This document shows, piece by piece, positions 9,354 to 20,434 of a DNA stretch of 64,000 nucleotides. The notes beneath the pieces are model-generated. The model did no database searches. It saw nothing but the letters and a program-made list of their open reading frames with translations, and was not told the DNA's origin. Position numbers and translations under genes: made by a program. The DNA lies in the NCBI GenBank assembly GCA_965222225.1, contig CBDCTK010000002.1:1920001-1984000 (forward strand). Direction: 5' to 3'. This DNA is from Candidatus Poribacteria bacterium (GTDB lineage: Bacteria; Poribacteria; WGA-4E; JAJDTR01). Positions within the stretch are counted from its first letter, which is position 1. Every line of letters begins with the position of its first letter.

Positions 9354-11292
9354 ATGAACTTCCGACAGAAACTCACACTCAATTTCTTGCTCTATATCGC
9401 GCTGTCCAGCGCCGCATTCGCGCAAGCCGTCGACATCCCCGACCCCAATCTCCGCGCCGCCATCGCGGCCGAGTTGAATATTGCCCGCGACGCTCCCATC
9501 ACCAAAGAACATATGCTCCGACTAGAAGACCTATCGGCCGCGAGTCAAGGTATAACCGACCTCACCGGTTTGGAATACGCAGCAGATCTGCAAAGTCTCA
9601 ACTTATGGGGAAACTCTTTTGACGACCTTACGCCGATTGCCCATCTTCCGCAGTTAAGCTATCTTAATATCGCCGGCTGCTCGATTATCGATATAACTGC
9701 CCTATCAAACTTAATCAACTTAACCGTTCTAAATGTTCGATACAATTTCATAGTTGATATCAGCCCGCTCACACACCTCACAAACCTTGTCGAGTTACGG
9801 CTAAACGACAACAAAATTACCGATATTAGCCCTTTGGATGGGTTGACTAAACTTCAATTCTTGGAAATCCAACACAACCAAATAACCGACCACAGCCCGC
9901 TAGACACACTCGCGCTTTCTCATTTTATCTACGACCAAACATGTGAAATGCCGCCTCTGCCGCTTGAGCCCCGACTGGAAAATCGAAACTACCCGTCGAT
10001 ATTTGCTCGCTGGAGCGGATTCGGTGGCACTCCTGTTACTAATCGTCCCAATCTATCGGAGGCAGAAAATCTTGCGCTTCACGACCTTCGTTTTGCTGTC
10101 CATCCGTTTGGATTAAAATTCCTCAATGTGCGCGACGGATTTAAGATGACGGGCGATGTTGACCGCGCAATAAGTCTGCGCGACGAAGTGCTTGCTGCTA
10201 ATCCGAATATCATCACTCTTGTAGATGTTCGGCTGAGAGGTGAGGGTTTGCACATACTGGGGGAGGACTGCCATATTGGATAAGAGACGAGCATGGAAAC
10301 ATCTTCCGAGAAAATACAAACGGAATCATAGCGGATTACGGCTTAATCGATTTCACAAACCCCGCCGTTCAAGATATCATCGTCCAACAAGCTGTTGCCG
10401 TATCGAAGTGCGGTTTGTATGACGGGATTGTTTTTGATTACTGGTCAGAGCAATGGCGCGTGCTTGGTGGTTGGGATGGCACGCGCCATCGCTCTTTTCG
10501 CACTTTGGAAGAAGAATTGCGTGCTCGAGAAACGATTGTACAACGCATCCGGGCGGAGACGCGTCCGGATTTTCTGATTATGGGCAATACGAATTACTTC
10601 ATAATTCCTAATACCGGATATATGTAAACGGTGGCTTTATGGAAACCGGCATTCCAGAAAACCGCACGGGCGTCGATTTGGAACGTGTCATCAATGCGAC
10701 TGAAAATGCATTGACATGGCTCGAAAACAACTTGCGAGAACCGCGAATAAACGCGCTCGAAGGTTTTAGCATTCCAGGAGAAGCCCTAGACAGCCCGAAC
10801 AATCGGCGCTGGGCGCGCGCTTTAACAACTCTAAGCTTAACTCACTCGGACGGCTACGTGCTGTACAGCGAAAGTGGGGTATTCTCACACCACTAGTATG
10901 ACTTTTGGGATGCGGATTTAGGGCGTCCAGTGGGGGAGAAGGCACAGGTGTATGAGGGGAGAGAAGGCCTTTACATCCGCGAGTTTACGAATGGTTGGGC
11001 AGTGTACAACCACAGCGGAGCCCCCCAGGTCATCACGTTGCCCGAAGAGGTGCAGGGCGTCGCCAGCGAGCGGTTGGGTGAACACGCAGCACGCGCTGCC
11101 GAATATCGACGGGGAGATGTATCTGCGAGTGAAACCGAAGAATCCCGCCGATGTCAACCGCGACGGCGTGGTAAATATCCTGGACCTGACATTGGTCGCC
11201 CAAGCCTTTGGCACCGACAAGCCCCAAGGCGACGTGAATGGGGATGGGGTCGTCAGTGTGTTCGATCTCGTGTTCGTAGCCAACGAATCTAA
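9354..11292 (+). pseudogene. Secreted LRR (internalin-like) + central domain + dockerin protein, disrupted
   Basis: Signal peptide, IPDPNLRAAI cap, LRRs and C-terminal DVNRDGVVNILDL dockerin; frameshifts near 10270, 10620 and 11070, and a TAG at 10894. Confidence 0.75.
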
Positions 11293-11293
11293 A

Positions 11294-11554
11294 ATCCTGT
11301 TTGAAAATTCATTTCGGGTAGAACTTTTGCCCTGAAACCGAGTATTTTCTTGAAAACTCCGTTTCTTTCTTGCGCAAACCCGTAGGGTGCGCACTGCGCA
11401 CCAGCTTTTGTAAGCCCAGAGTGGGATCAAGGGAGCGAATAGTGAGTGCGATAGAAATCCTGACAGGTGTATAGCAGGCGACCACAAAAGCATGAAAAAG
11501 CCGCGCCCACAGTGACCGAAATTGCTTTGCCACCTATTATTCAAACAAGCTCTA
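11294..11554. mobile_element. MITE-like element (related to 50912-51046) carrying internal REP and mini-element insertions
   Basis: Ends cctgtttgaaaa ... ttcaaacaagctct; internal segments ttttgccct and gctttgccaccta shared with the 50.9-kb copy. Confidence 0.55.
11425..11461 (+). mobile_element. GA-hairpin mini-element, single unit
   Basis: gatcaa-gg-ga-gc-gaata-gt-ga-gt-gcgatag-aaatcct|gacaggtgtatag. Confidence 0.8.
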
Positions 11555-11678
11555 AATCACGGATTAAAGGCGGACAATCTTTTAATCCAACACAGTTTTG
11601 AGATTCGGAGGCCAACGCATACGCATAATTAGGCAAATGACGCCGGTTGCATCGAAGACGATTTGTCGAATTCAATCC

Positions 11679-11751
11679 GATCAAGCGAGTGAATATCGAG
11701 TGATCAACTGAACGAATAGTGAAGGCGATAGAAGATCCTGATAGCAAATCC
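11679..11751 (+). mobile_element. GA-hairpin mini-element, nested pair
   Basis: gatcaa-gc-ga-gt-gaata-tc-ga-gt g|atcaa-ct-ga-ac-gaata-gt-ga-ag-gcgatag-aagatcct|gatag-caaatcc. Confidence 0.8.
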
Positions 11752-11764
11752 GCGATTCAGACAA

Positions 11765-11856
11765 TCGCCCAAGCCTTCGGCACCGACAAGCCCGAAGGCG
11801 ACGTGAATGGTGACGGCGTCGTCAACGTCTTCGACCTCGTCCTCATAGCAAACTAA
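11765..11856 (+). pseudogene. Orphan duplicate of the dockerin-coding 3' end of the upstream LRR gene
   Basis: Encodes AQAFGTDKPEGDVNGDGVVNVFDLVLIAN*, similar to about 11196-11290. Confidence 0.75.
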
Positions 11857-11919
11857 TTTTGAATCCCACCCTTCCTCCCTTCCCGTCTCCTCGTTTTCCC
11901 GTCTTCCCTCCTTCCACCC

Positions 11920-12960
11920 TCACTCCTCCCAAAAAATCTCGACCCCGAGCCTACTCGCCATCTCCGCCAAACTGCGCAGATGCACCACATGAAGCGGAAT
12001 CCCGCTCTCAATCCACTTCTCCCGCTTCCGCCACTCAATCTCCCCCGGCAGATAGACCCGATCAACCCCCTCCACCGTTTTCGACGCGCGCACCGTCCGA
12101 ATCCCGCGATCTACCTCCGCCGCATACGCATCGAAATCCGTAAAACTTGAGACGTTAATCGCGATAAAGAAATGCTTCGAAGGCTCATCGGCGGCGTGGC
12201 ACGACATTAAACCGCCCACCAGCGGCCCCGCCAGGATACCCATAACCAGCGCCAACCCGTACCCCTTCGGCCCCGCCGCCGGCATCATCAAATGCCCTTC
12301 GCTCGGATCCGTGACACTCTCCCCGTCCCCGTCCAAGAACCACTCCTTCGGCACCGGCTGTCCGTACATATTCATCGTGAGAATCTTGCCCCACGCCGAA
12401 ACCCCGCACGCCATGTCCAAAACGATGGGCAACTCCTCTCCTGCCGGTAGCGCATAGCTCAGTGGGTTGTTCCCCACGACACGTTCCGCGCCTCCCGGCG
12501 CCACAACCGACGCTCCCCCGGTATTCGTCGTTGCGAACCCAATCATCCTCTCCTCGACAGCCATCATCGTAAAACACGCCGCCGCCCCGAAATGCCCCGC
12601 GTTCCGCACCCCCGCTGCCGCGATACCCGTCGACTTCGCCTTGTCGATAGCCGCCCTCATGGCGACCACACTCGCCACATGACCCAGCCCGTTATCGCCG
12701 TCAAAGAGGACATAGCCGCCGCCCTCCCGAAGCACCCGAATCTCCGGCGCGGGATTCATATCGCCCGCAAGGATATTCTGTATGTAAGAAGGCGCAAGCC
12801 GCGTCCCGTGCGAATACACCCCCCGCAAATCCGTTTCAACCTGGAGCTCCGCCATCAATTCCGCGTGTTCCCGGCTGACCCCCGCCTTCCGATAGAGCGT
12901 ACACGCAAATTCACGAAGCTCCTCCGCCTGCACAACAATTTCCTGATTAATCTGAGACAT
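11920..12960 (-). CDS. Ldh_2 / AllD-family (malate/L-lactate/ureidoglycolate-type) dehydrogenase
   Basis: DLRGVYSHG, DGDNGLG, HFGAA, GNNPLS, VLDMA, GPKGYGL and YLPGEIE motifs. Confidence 0.85.
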   Translation of the reverse strand: MSQINQEIVVQAEELREFACTLYRKAGVSREHAELMAELQVETDLRGVYSHGTRLAPSYIQNILAGDMNPAPEIRVLREGGGYVLFDGDNGLGHVASVVAMRAAIDKAKSTGIAAAGVRNAGHFGAAACFTMMAVEERMIGFATTNTGGASVVAPGGAERVVGNNPLSYALPAGEELPIVLDMACGVSAWGKILTMNMYGQPVPKEWFLDGDGESVTDPSEGHLMMPAAGPKGYGLALVMGILAGPLVGGLMSCHAADEPSKHFFIAINVSSFTDFDAYAAEVDRGIRTVRASKTVEGVDRVYLPGEIEWRKREKWIESGIPLHVVHLRSLAEMASRLGVEIFWEE

Positions 12961-12984
12961 AACAACCCCCTTTGACACTACCCC

Positions 12985-13122
12985 GTAGTAGGCATACTCC
13001 GTATGCCGTAACCCTCGTACAGATTACGGCACGACGAAAGAGATAAGACTCCCATTAAGTTCCACGTGCAACCCAACCCGCCCCGTACGATAGCAAACAC
13101 CTTCAACCAGCTCGTAGGAGGA
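12985..13122 (+). repeat. 138-bp intergenic repeat, second copy at 14343-14480
   Basis: Near-identical from gtagtaggcatactccgtatgccg to ctcgtaggagg; each copy is followed by a different mini-element. Confidence 0.9.
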
Positions 13123-13217
13123 GATCAACCGAGCGGATAGATCAAGCGACTGAATAAGGAGTGCGATAGAAAATCCCGTGCGATCAAGCGACTGAACAAG
13201 GAGCGCGATAGAAATCC
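13123..13217 (+). mobile_element. GA-hairpin mini-element cluster (three units)
   Basis: gatcaa-cc-ga-gc-ggata g|atcaa-gc-ga-ct-gaata-ag-ga-gt-gcgatag-aaaatccc gtgc gatcaa-gc-ga-ct-gaaca-ag-ga-gc-gcgatag-aaatcc. Confidence 0.8.
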
Positions 13218-13373
13218 ACCACCCTTCCCGTTTTCTCGTCTTCCACCCTTCCATCCTTCCCCATTAGCCATTGGTCACTCGCCACTAATCACTGCTTTCT
13301 CCCTTCCCGTCTTCTCGTTTTCCCGTTTTCTGCTTTCCCCCTTCCGCCGCGCCGCCACCGCTGACATTGCCAA

Positions 13374-14191
13374 CTATTTGCGCGGTTCAACCACCTGAGC
13401 ATCCTCAAGGCGAGGGAACAAACGTTCGCCATGCGGATCGACGAGATTGACTCTGGATAGGTGCAGTGTGGATGTCTTGACAGCCCGCACCTCAAACGTC
13501 AGGACGGCTAGCGTACCGTCACTCTCACCATCACAATCGAGTTTGGACGCCTCAAGCCACACACCGTTTCCTCTTATTTTCGGCTGCTTGAATAACGCGC
13601 CTTCTGTAACGTAGTCACCAGCGGCAGCTTTAACATATCGGAGCGCTGCGTGGTCAAACATAACGGTTACGCGACAGCCTGCCACACTTTCTCTTGCGGC
13701 GATGTTGACGGCAACCGTACGCCGCTCGCCCGGCATAGGCGATGTCACGACAGAAGCACCGTGCCGTCCGAATTCCCACTCGCGAGCGTCCTGCCATCCG
13801 GGCTGAACGCTACGCTTGTAACTATACGGGCGTGCCCGGAGAGCGATTGCAGTTGTTTCCCCGTTTTGGCATCCCATAGTCGCACCGCGCCGTCCGAACT
13901 TCCACTGGCGAGCATTCTGCCGTCCGAACTAAACGCGACGCTCCTCACCCCGGTCGGGTGCACGGCCAGAAGGTCCATCTCTTGATGACTCGACGTATCG
14001 TAGAGCCAGATACCGATAGAACTGGCGACGGCGAGACGTGTGCCATCTTGGGAATACTTAATCTCGAATATTCTACCCTTACCTATGCGTATCCTAGCGC
14101 CTGCCAGCAACCGCCGCGACGAAGACTCTTGTGCGCCGACATTGATCGAAAGCAAAGCCAATATTATGAGCGATGTGACCGATAATTTCAC
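13374..14191 (-). pseudogene. Short WD40 + cohesin protein, frameshifted
   Basis: Signal peptide, RIGKGRI..RLAVASSIGIWLYD, two WD40 repeats, frameshift near 13750, then a cohesin-like domain (GTLAVLTFEV). Confidence 0.65.
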
Positions 14192-14480
14192 CTGATGCAC
14201 CGCCTTAATTAGAATGATGTAATGGAAAAGCCCGTAGGTTGGGTTGAACGCAAATCCATGACAACGCATACGCGGGAGACCGAGGCTGTCCAGATTCCAT
14301 TACGCACAAAAAGACCGAAATCCAAGTGAAACCCAACACCCGGTAGTAGGCATACTCCGTATGCCGTAACCCTCGTACAGATTACGGCATGACGAAAGAG
14401 ATAGGACTCCCATTAAGTTCCACGCGCAACCCAACCCGCCCCGCACGATAGCAAACACCTTCAACCAGCTCGTAGGAGGG

Positions 14481-14615
14481 GATCAAGCGAATGGATAATG
14501 AGTGCGATAGTAAATCCCGATAGCAATCTTTCTTGCCCCGACTGAGTCCGAACCGGTGCGATACAGATCCCTTAATCCGATCAAGTGAGTGATTAGCGAA
14601 TGCGATAGAGATCCC
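14481..14615 (+). mobile_element. Two GA-hairpin mini-elements (14481-14528, 14579-14615)
   Basis: gatcaa-gc-ga-at-ggata-at-ga-gt-gcgatag-taaatccc; gatcaa-gt-ga-gt-gatta-gc-ga-at-gcgatag-agatccc. Confidence 0.8.
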
Positions 14616-14701
14616 ATTCAAACAATCACCCATCCTTCCACTCTCACCACTAACCACTGGTCACTAGCCACTGCTTCTCTTCCCTCCCTTCCATTCTTCC
14701 A

Positions 14702-17572
14702 CTACTTGATGATGACCATCCGCCGCGACGCCGCATACTCCCCCGCCCGCAATTGATAGAAATAAACCCCGCTCGCAACCGATTCCACGCTCTCGTTCCG
14801 TCCGTCCCAATACGCCGCCCTCCCCCGATCCACATAATACCCCGCCGCCTGATACCCCAGTGCCAATCGCCGCACCGGTGTTCCTTTTGCATCGTAAATC
14901 GCGATGTTCACCTCCGCCCCCTGCGCCAAGCGATACGGTATCCACGTCTCCGGATTAAACGGGTTCGGATAATTCTGCAACAGCACCGTCTCATCCGGCA
15001 TCAACGCGGCAAGCAACTGCTCAAGAAAGTGGATTCCCCGTTCCAAATTCGCATCTCCCACGCCCAAGCCCTGTGCCTGCGCGAGCCATCCCGCGACATC
15101 CGCGGCGCTAATAATCGACAGGTCTAAGGAATACGCCGAAGGTGCCGCACCGCCGCCCCCAATTGCCCCTGCAACCTGAACAAGGTCAAGAATATTCACC
15201 ACGCCATCCCCGTTCACATCGGCATCGTTCTCGCCGGTTTCTCCTAAGTTTGCGGCGACCTGCACCAAATCCAAGATGTTCACCTCTCCATCACCGTTGA
15301 CATCCTCGACGCGTGGCGGAGGCTCAATCACCTGCCCATCTACAATGCTAGGATATCCACGCTCCTTCTTGGAATTCACCACATTGACATCGAATAACGT
15401 CAAACTGGACGGTTTAATGGCGAGCACCTCAAACGTGAGTGCGGCGAGCGTGCCATCGCCTTCACTTGCTCCGGCGAATGCCGTCCCGCCGAGCGTCACG
15501 CGATTCTCCTTAACTAACTGCGACAGAAAGAACGAATCCGCCGGCAGATAGTCTCCCTGGGCCGCCTCAACATACCGCAGTGCCGTGGAATCGAAGTTGA
15601 CACTTGCCTGATAACCCACCACATCTTCCCCAGCGGTGATGTCAAGTGATAGCGAAAACTGCTCTCCAACCCGTGGGGATGTGACAACGGTGGGCGTAAT
15701 GCTGACCGTCGAACTCACTGCGGGAGAAGAAAAAACAACGTCCCAAAGCAACACCGGCCCGCCCAAACTCCCGCTCGCAAGTGTCCTGCCATCCGGACTG
15801 AACGCCACGCCGGTAACGATGGTACGGTGGTGACCCGTGAACGAGGCTTCAACTCCACCCGTCGTGGCATTCCAGAGACGAACCGTCGAGTCGTGACCGC
15901 CTCTGGCAATCGTCCGGCTATCTGGACTGAAAGCAATATTGCTGTTTTCGTACCCATCACCGACCTGTGCCGTCCGCTTCGTCCAAAAAAGAGTGTCCCA
16001 CAGTATAAGTTCACGGGAAGTCCCGCTGGCAAATACGCGCCCATCTCGACTAAACGCCACACTGACCACCTCATCGTTGTGTCCGGTAAGCGTGCGTTGA
16101 CGTTCGCCGGTTTCGACATCCCATAGCGTCACGCTGCGATCTTTACTTCCAACGGCAAGCGTATCCCCATCCCGATTGAACGCTAGGCTCGTTATTTCCG
16201 CGATATGCCAAGGAAGCGAATGCAAAAGTTCGCCCGTTTCGACATCCCAGAGTAGTGCCGTTGATCCGGCACCGTTGGCAAGCAGCCGTCCATCCGGGCT
16301 GAACTCCAGGCTGCGATACTCGCCCCGAGGTCCAGTGAGTGTGTTAAGCAGCTCGCCCGAGTTGACATCCCACAAATAGATTTCCCCATTACTCCCACCG
16401 GCAATAATTCCCTTCTCCTGACTGAACGCAACGCCAAAAACATACTTCCAACGCTCGGAGAATGTGCGTAAACGTTCCCCCGTGTTGGCATCCCACAGAA
16501 ATATATTCCCATTATTACTCGCACTGGCAATCATCCTGCTGTCCTCGCTGAACGCCAGACCGGTAGTTCTAGCGGTATGCTCGGTGAACACGTGCTTTTG
16601 TTCGACTGTTTCCGTATCCCATAATCGCAATGTCCCGCCGGCGCTCGCGCTGACAAGCCTCCCTCCGTCTGGGCTGAACGCTAGGGTAGTGATGTGCGTT
16701 CTGTGCCCGCGGAATACTCTCAGGAATTGGTCAGTAGTGGCATCCCACAGCCCCACGCTTCCGGGTATGTCCCCAATCGCAACCATGTTCTTCTTTACAT
16801 TGTAGGCGCTGACTAGCGTGCCTCCATACTCGAAGCTTTTACTCAGCAGTTGGCCCGTTGCGGCATCCCATCGTCGTATTCCATCCGAACCGCCACTGAC
16901 AAGCATACTGCCATCGGCACTGAACGCTACGAAGGTGACCCCGGGCGAATGCCCCGCGCCCGTCCACAGATTCTGACCCGTGTTGACATCCCAAAGCCGT
17001 ACCGTCTCGTCCCTATAACCGCTGTTGCTGGCGATGGTGCTGCCATCCGGACTGAATGCAATGCTATCGACCAGCCCTGTATGCCCGGTGAGTGTGCGCA
17101 GATGTTCACCGGTTTCGGTATTCCATAGTCGCACCGTGTCGTCCCAACTCCCACTGGCAAGCGTTTTGCCATCCGGGCTGAACGCGACACTACTGACCTT
17201 TTCCGTATGCCCGGTGAGTGTGTGCAAATGTTCACCGGATGTAGCGTTCCACAGTTGCACCGTCATGTCTCCAAAATCCCCGCCGCTCGCAAGCATCTCG
17301 CCGTCTAAACTGAACGCCACACTCGTGACCCAGCCCGGGTGCCCGATTAACAGCGCCTCCTCTTTGAACGTCTCGGCATCATAGAGCCAGATACCGATAG
17401 TAGTCGCGACAGCGATCCGGGCGCCGTCCAGGGAATACGTAATCCCATTCACCGTACCCTTACCCAGACGTGCTCGAGCGCCTTCCGGCAGATGCCATCG
17501 TGTGTAATCTTGGGCGAAGCTGTTGAGCGTAAACAGAGCCAGAACAATAAGCAATGTAACCGTTACCTTCAT
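14702..17572 (-). CDS. Secreted WD40-repeat protein with cohesin, dockerin and C-terminal NYPNPFNPETWIPY (FlgD-Ig/T9SS-CTD-like) domain
   Basis: Signal peptide, about 14 GH..V.SVAFSPDG..LASG repeats, cohesin, DVNGDGEVNILDL x2 and CTD. Confidence 0.85.
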   Translation of the reverse strand: MKVTVTLLIVLALFTLNSFAQDYTRWHLPEGARARLGKGTVNGITYSLDGARIAVATTIGIWLYDAETFKEEALLIGHPGWVTSVAFSLDGEMLASGGDFGDMTVQLWNATSGEHLHTLTGHTEKVSSVAFSPDGKTLASGSWDDTVRLWNTETGEHLRTLTGHTGLVDSIAFSPDGSTIASNSGYRDETVRLWDVNTGQNLWTGAGHSPGVTFVAFSADGSMLVSGGSDGIRRWDAATGQLLSKSFEYGGTLVSAYNVKKNMVAIGDIPGSVGLWDATTDQFLRVFRGHRTHITTLAFSPDGGRLVSASAGGTLRLWDTETVEQKHVFTEHTARTTGLAFSEDSRMIASASNNGNIFLWDANTGERLRTFSERWKYVFGVAFSQEKGIIAGGSNGEIYLWDVNSGELLNTLTGPRGEYRSLEFSPDGRLLANGAGSTALLWDVETGELLHSLPWHIAEITSLAFNRDGDTLAVGSKDRSVTLWDVETGERQRTLTGHNDEVVSVAFSRDGRVFASGTSRELILWDTLFWTKRTAQVGDGYENSNIAFSPDSRTIARGGHDSTVRLWNATTGGVEASFTGHHRTIVTGVAFSPDGRTLASGSLGGPVLLWDVVFSSPAVSSTVSITPTVVTSPRVGEQFSLSLDITAGEDVVGYQASVNFDSTALRYVEAAQGDYLPADSFFLSQLVKENRVTLGGTAFAGASEGDGTLAALTFEVLAIKPSSLTLFDVNVVNSKKERGYPSIVDGQVIEPPPRVEDVNGDGEVNILDLVQVAANLGETGENDADVNGDGVVNILDLVQVAGAIGGGGAAPSAYSLDLSIISAADVAGWLAQAQGLGVGDANLERGIHFLEQLLAALMPDETVLLQNYPNPFNPETWIPYRLAQGAEVNIAIYDAKGTPVRRLALGYQAAGYYVDRGRAAYWDGRNESVESVASGVYFYQLRAGEYAASRRMVIIK

Positions 17573-17636
17573 CTGAGGCACCACCTTTCCTAATTTGAAT
17601 CATGTGAAATACGCGAGCCCGTAGTTTGTAGGTTGG

Positions 17637-17673
17637 GATCAAGCGACTGAACAAGGAGTGCGATAGAGATCCT
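17637..17673 (+). mobile_element. GA-hairpin mini-element, single unit
   Basis: gtaggttgg-gatcaa-gc-ga-ct-gaaca-ag-ga-gt-gcgatag-agatcct. Confidence 0.85.
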
Positions 17674-17912
17674 CACTCGCCCGACAATGGTAGGCGGGGC
17701 ATCTTGCCCCGCCGGATTGTGGCTAGCCCATAGGTTGGGAACAAGCGACTTTCTTCCGCGTAATCTGCGATTCAGACAATCACCCATCTTTCCCCCTTCC
17801 CATCCTCTCGTTTTCCCTTTTTCCGGTCTTCCGCCCTTCCCTCCTTCCAATCTTCCCCTCCTCCCGATTTCTCCCGTTCCCGTTTCTGCTTTACCGCCCT
17901 TCCAACCTTCCA

Positions 17913-20372
17913 TTACTTCACAATCACCATCCGCCGCACCGCCGCATAATCCCCCGCCCGCAACCGATAGAAATAAATCCCGCTCGCAACGTACTCCCCG
18001 CTCTCATTCTGCCCATCCCAATACGCCGCCCTCCCCCGCTCGGCATAATCCCCCGCCGCCTGATTCCCGAGCGCCAACTGCCGCACCAGTATCCCCTTTG
18101 TGTCATAAATCGTAATCGCCACCTCCGCCTCCCGCGCGAGACGATACGGTATCCATGTCTCCGGATTGAAAGGATTCGGGTAATTCGGCAATAGCGTCGT
18201 CTCTTTCGGTGTCAACGCCGCAAGCAACTGTTCAAGAAAGTGGATTCCCCGTTCCAAATTCGCATCTCCCACGCCCAAGCCCTGTGCCTGCGCGAGCCAT
18301 CCCGCGACATCCGCGGCGCTAATAATCGACAGGTCTAAGGAATTCGCCGAAGGTGCCGCACCGCCGCCCCCAATTGCCCCTGCAACCTGAACAAAGTCAA
18401 GAATATTCACCACATCATCCCCGTTCACATCGGCATCATTCTCGCCGATTTTCCCTAAGTTTGCGGCGACCTGCACCAAATCCAAGATGTTTACCTCGCC
18501 ATCCCCGTTGACATCGCCCATCGAGAAATCCTCGATAGTCGAAGGGGCGAGATCCCACACCAGCACCGTGCCGTCCCAACTGGCGCTCGCAAGCGATGCC
18601 CCATCCGGGCTGAACGCAACGCCGGTAACCCCGCCCGCATGTCCGCGCATCGAGCGCAACGATTCGCCGGTATCGACATCCCACAGCCGCACTGCCGCGC
18701 TGGAGCTCCCCCAAGCCAAGGTTCTACTGTCCGGACTGAACACGGGGACGCAGGCTTCGTTATAATGTCCCTCAAGCGTGTGTATCGGCTCCCATGTCTC
18801 GGCATCCCAGAGTATAGCATTACGAGTAGACGCACTCGCCATTTTTCTGCCGTCTCGACTGAACGCCACACCGACGAGCTCGTGAGTATGTCCGGTGAGT
18901 GACCACAGATGACGTCCCGTTTTGGTGTGCCAGAGCGACACCGTGCCGTCCTTGCTCGCACCGGCAAGCATAACACTGTCTGAACTGAACGCGACGCTCA
19001 TTACGTCCCTCGTATGCCAAGCCAGTGTATGCAACAGTTCACCCGTATTGGTGTCCCAGAGCCGTATGGCATGGTCTTGATAACCGCCGCCACTGGCGAC
19101 CGTGCTCCCGTCCGGGCTGAATGCGACGGCGCGCGTATTTCTCAAATCCCCGGTCAGTATGTGCAGAAGTTCACCGGTTTTGGCGTTCCACAGGCGGATT
19201 TCGCTAAGACTGGCGACAGCAATCTTCGTGCCGTTCACGTTAAAGTCTAAGGAGGTACCGAAGCCTAAAAGACCTGTCAATTTGTTAAGAATTCGCCCCG
19301 TTCTAAGGTCCCACAGCCGCACGGAATGTTCCAGGTGCCCTGTCGCTATGCTGCTCCCGTCAGGGCTAAACGCCAAACTCATCGGCCACACCGTGTGCGC
19401 CGTGATGGCGCCCTCCTGTAGTCCCGTCTCCGTATCCCAAATCCGCACCGTTCCGTCCTCGCCCGCACTGGCAAGCTTCGAATCGTCCGGGCTGAATGCG
19501 ATGGATACCACGATAGATGTGTGCCCGCGGAGCGTCATGAGATGCTTTCCCGATCCGGAATTCCAGACAACGGTTTTACTGCCATTGCCAGCCGCAACAG
19601 CGCTGCCGTCCGGGCTGAAAGCTACGCTTCTGACCGTAGATCCGGACGCTCTTAGCTCATGCAGAACTGCCCTCGTGTTGGGATTCCAGAGTCGCACCGT
19701 GCTGTCCCAACTCCCGCTCGCAAGCGTACCGGTTCGGCTGAATGCCACATCTGTAACGGGACGCGTATGCCCTCTTAGCGTATGTAGATGCAATCCTTTT
19801 CGCACGTCCCAAATCTTCACCATGTTGTCATAGTCTCCCGCGGCAAGCGTACTACCATCCGGGCTGAATGCCACGCTCGAAACAAGAGTTGTATGCCCCT
19901 CAAGCGCCCGAAGACGCGCACCGGTTTGGGCGTCCCGGAGATACACCCCACCCACGCGATCCGCGCTGGCAAGCGTTCTGTCATCCGGACTGAATGCTAC
20001 ACTCTCGATTGTCGAAGAATGTCCTGTGAACGTCCGCAAATGCTCGCCCGTTTTCGCATCCCAGAGACGCACCGCACCGCCGCCGCTGACCAGCCTCTCA
20101 CCGGTTGAGTCGAACGCGATACTACTTGCCCAACGTGGTTTATCAGTTATCAGCGTAACTTCCTCAAGCGTCTCCGTATCGTAGAGCCAAATGCCGATAG
20201 AACTGGCGACGGCAAGTCGTGTCCCGTCAGGAGAAAATTTGATTTCATGAATCTTCCCTTTACCCAGTCTCACCTTGGCATTATCGGGCAGAAGCCATCG
20301 CGTATAATCCTGAGCGATGCCGTTGATCGAAAGCACAGCCAATACAAAGAGCGACACAACCGCTATCTTCAT
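17913..20372 (-). CDS. Secreted WD40-repeat protein with dockerin and C-terminal NYPNPFNP domain
   Basis: 819 aa; same architecture as its neighbour but without cohesin. Confidence 0.85.
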   Translation of the reverse strand: MKIAVVSLFVLAVLSINGIAQDYTRWLLPDNAKVRLGKGKIHEIKFSPDGTRLAVASSIGIWLYDTETLEEVTLITDKPRWASSIAFDSTGERLVSGGGAVRLWDAKTGEHLRTFTGHSSTIESVAFSPDDRTLASADRVGGVYLRDAQTGARLRALEGHTTLVSSVAFSPDGSTLAAGDYDNMVKIWDVRKGLHLHTLRGHTRPVTDVAFSRTGTLASGSWDSTVRLWNPNTRAVLHELRASGSTVRSVAFSPDGSAVAAGNGSKTVVWNSGSGKHLMTLRGHTSIVVSIAFSPDDSKLASAGEDGTVRIWDTETGLQEGAITAHTVWPMSLAFSPDGSSIATGHLEHSVRLWDLRTGRILNKLTGLLGFGTSLDFNVNGTKIAVASLSEIRLWNAKTGELLHILTGDLRNTRAVAFSPDGSTVASGGGYQDHAIRLWDTNTGELLHTLAWHTRDVMSVAFSSDSVMLAGASKDGTVSLWHTKTGRHLWSLTGHTHELVGVAFSRDGRKMASASTRNAILWDAETWEPIHTLEGHYNEACVPVFSPDSRTLAWGSSSAAVRLWDVDTGESLRSMRGHAGGVTGVAFSPDGASLASASWDGTVLVWDLAPSTIEDFSMGDVNGDGEVNILDLVQVAANLGKIGENDADVNGDDVVNILDFVQVAGAIGGGGAAPSANSLDLSIISAADVAGWLAQAQGLGVGDANLERGIHFLEQLLAALTPKETTLLPNYPNPFNPETWIPYRLAREAEVAITIYDTKGILVRQLALGNQAAGDYAERGRAAYWDGQNESGEYVASGIYFYRLRAGDYAAVRRMVIVK

Positions 20373-20434
20373 CTAAAGCACCACCTTTCCTGATTAGAGA
20401 AATTTCATGTTTCTATAGTCAACACTGTAGGAGC

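Noticed and set aside
10894-10896. Amber recoding (pyrrolysine) at in-frame TAGs at 10894, about 43726 and 57350
   Set aside because: All lie in genes that also have frameshifts or an IS insertion, and two are at Trp or likely Trp positions. Ordinary nonsense mutations are sufficient.
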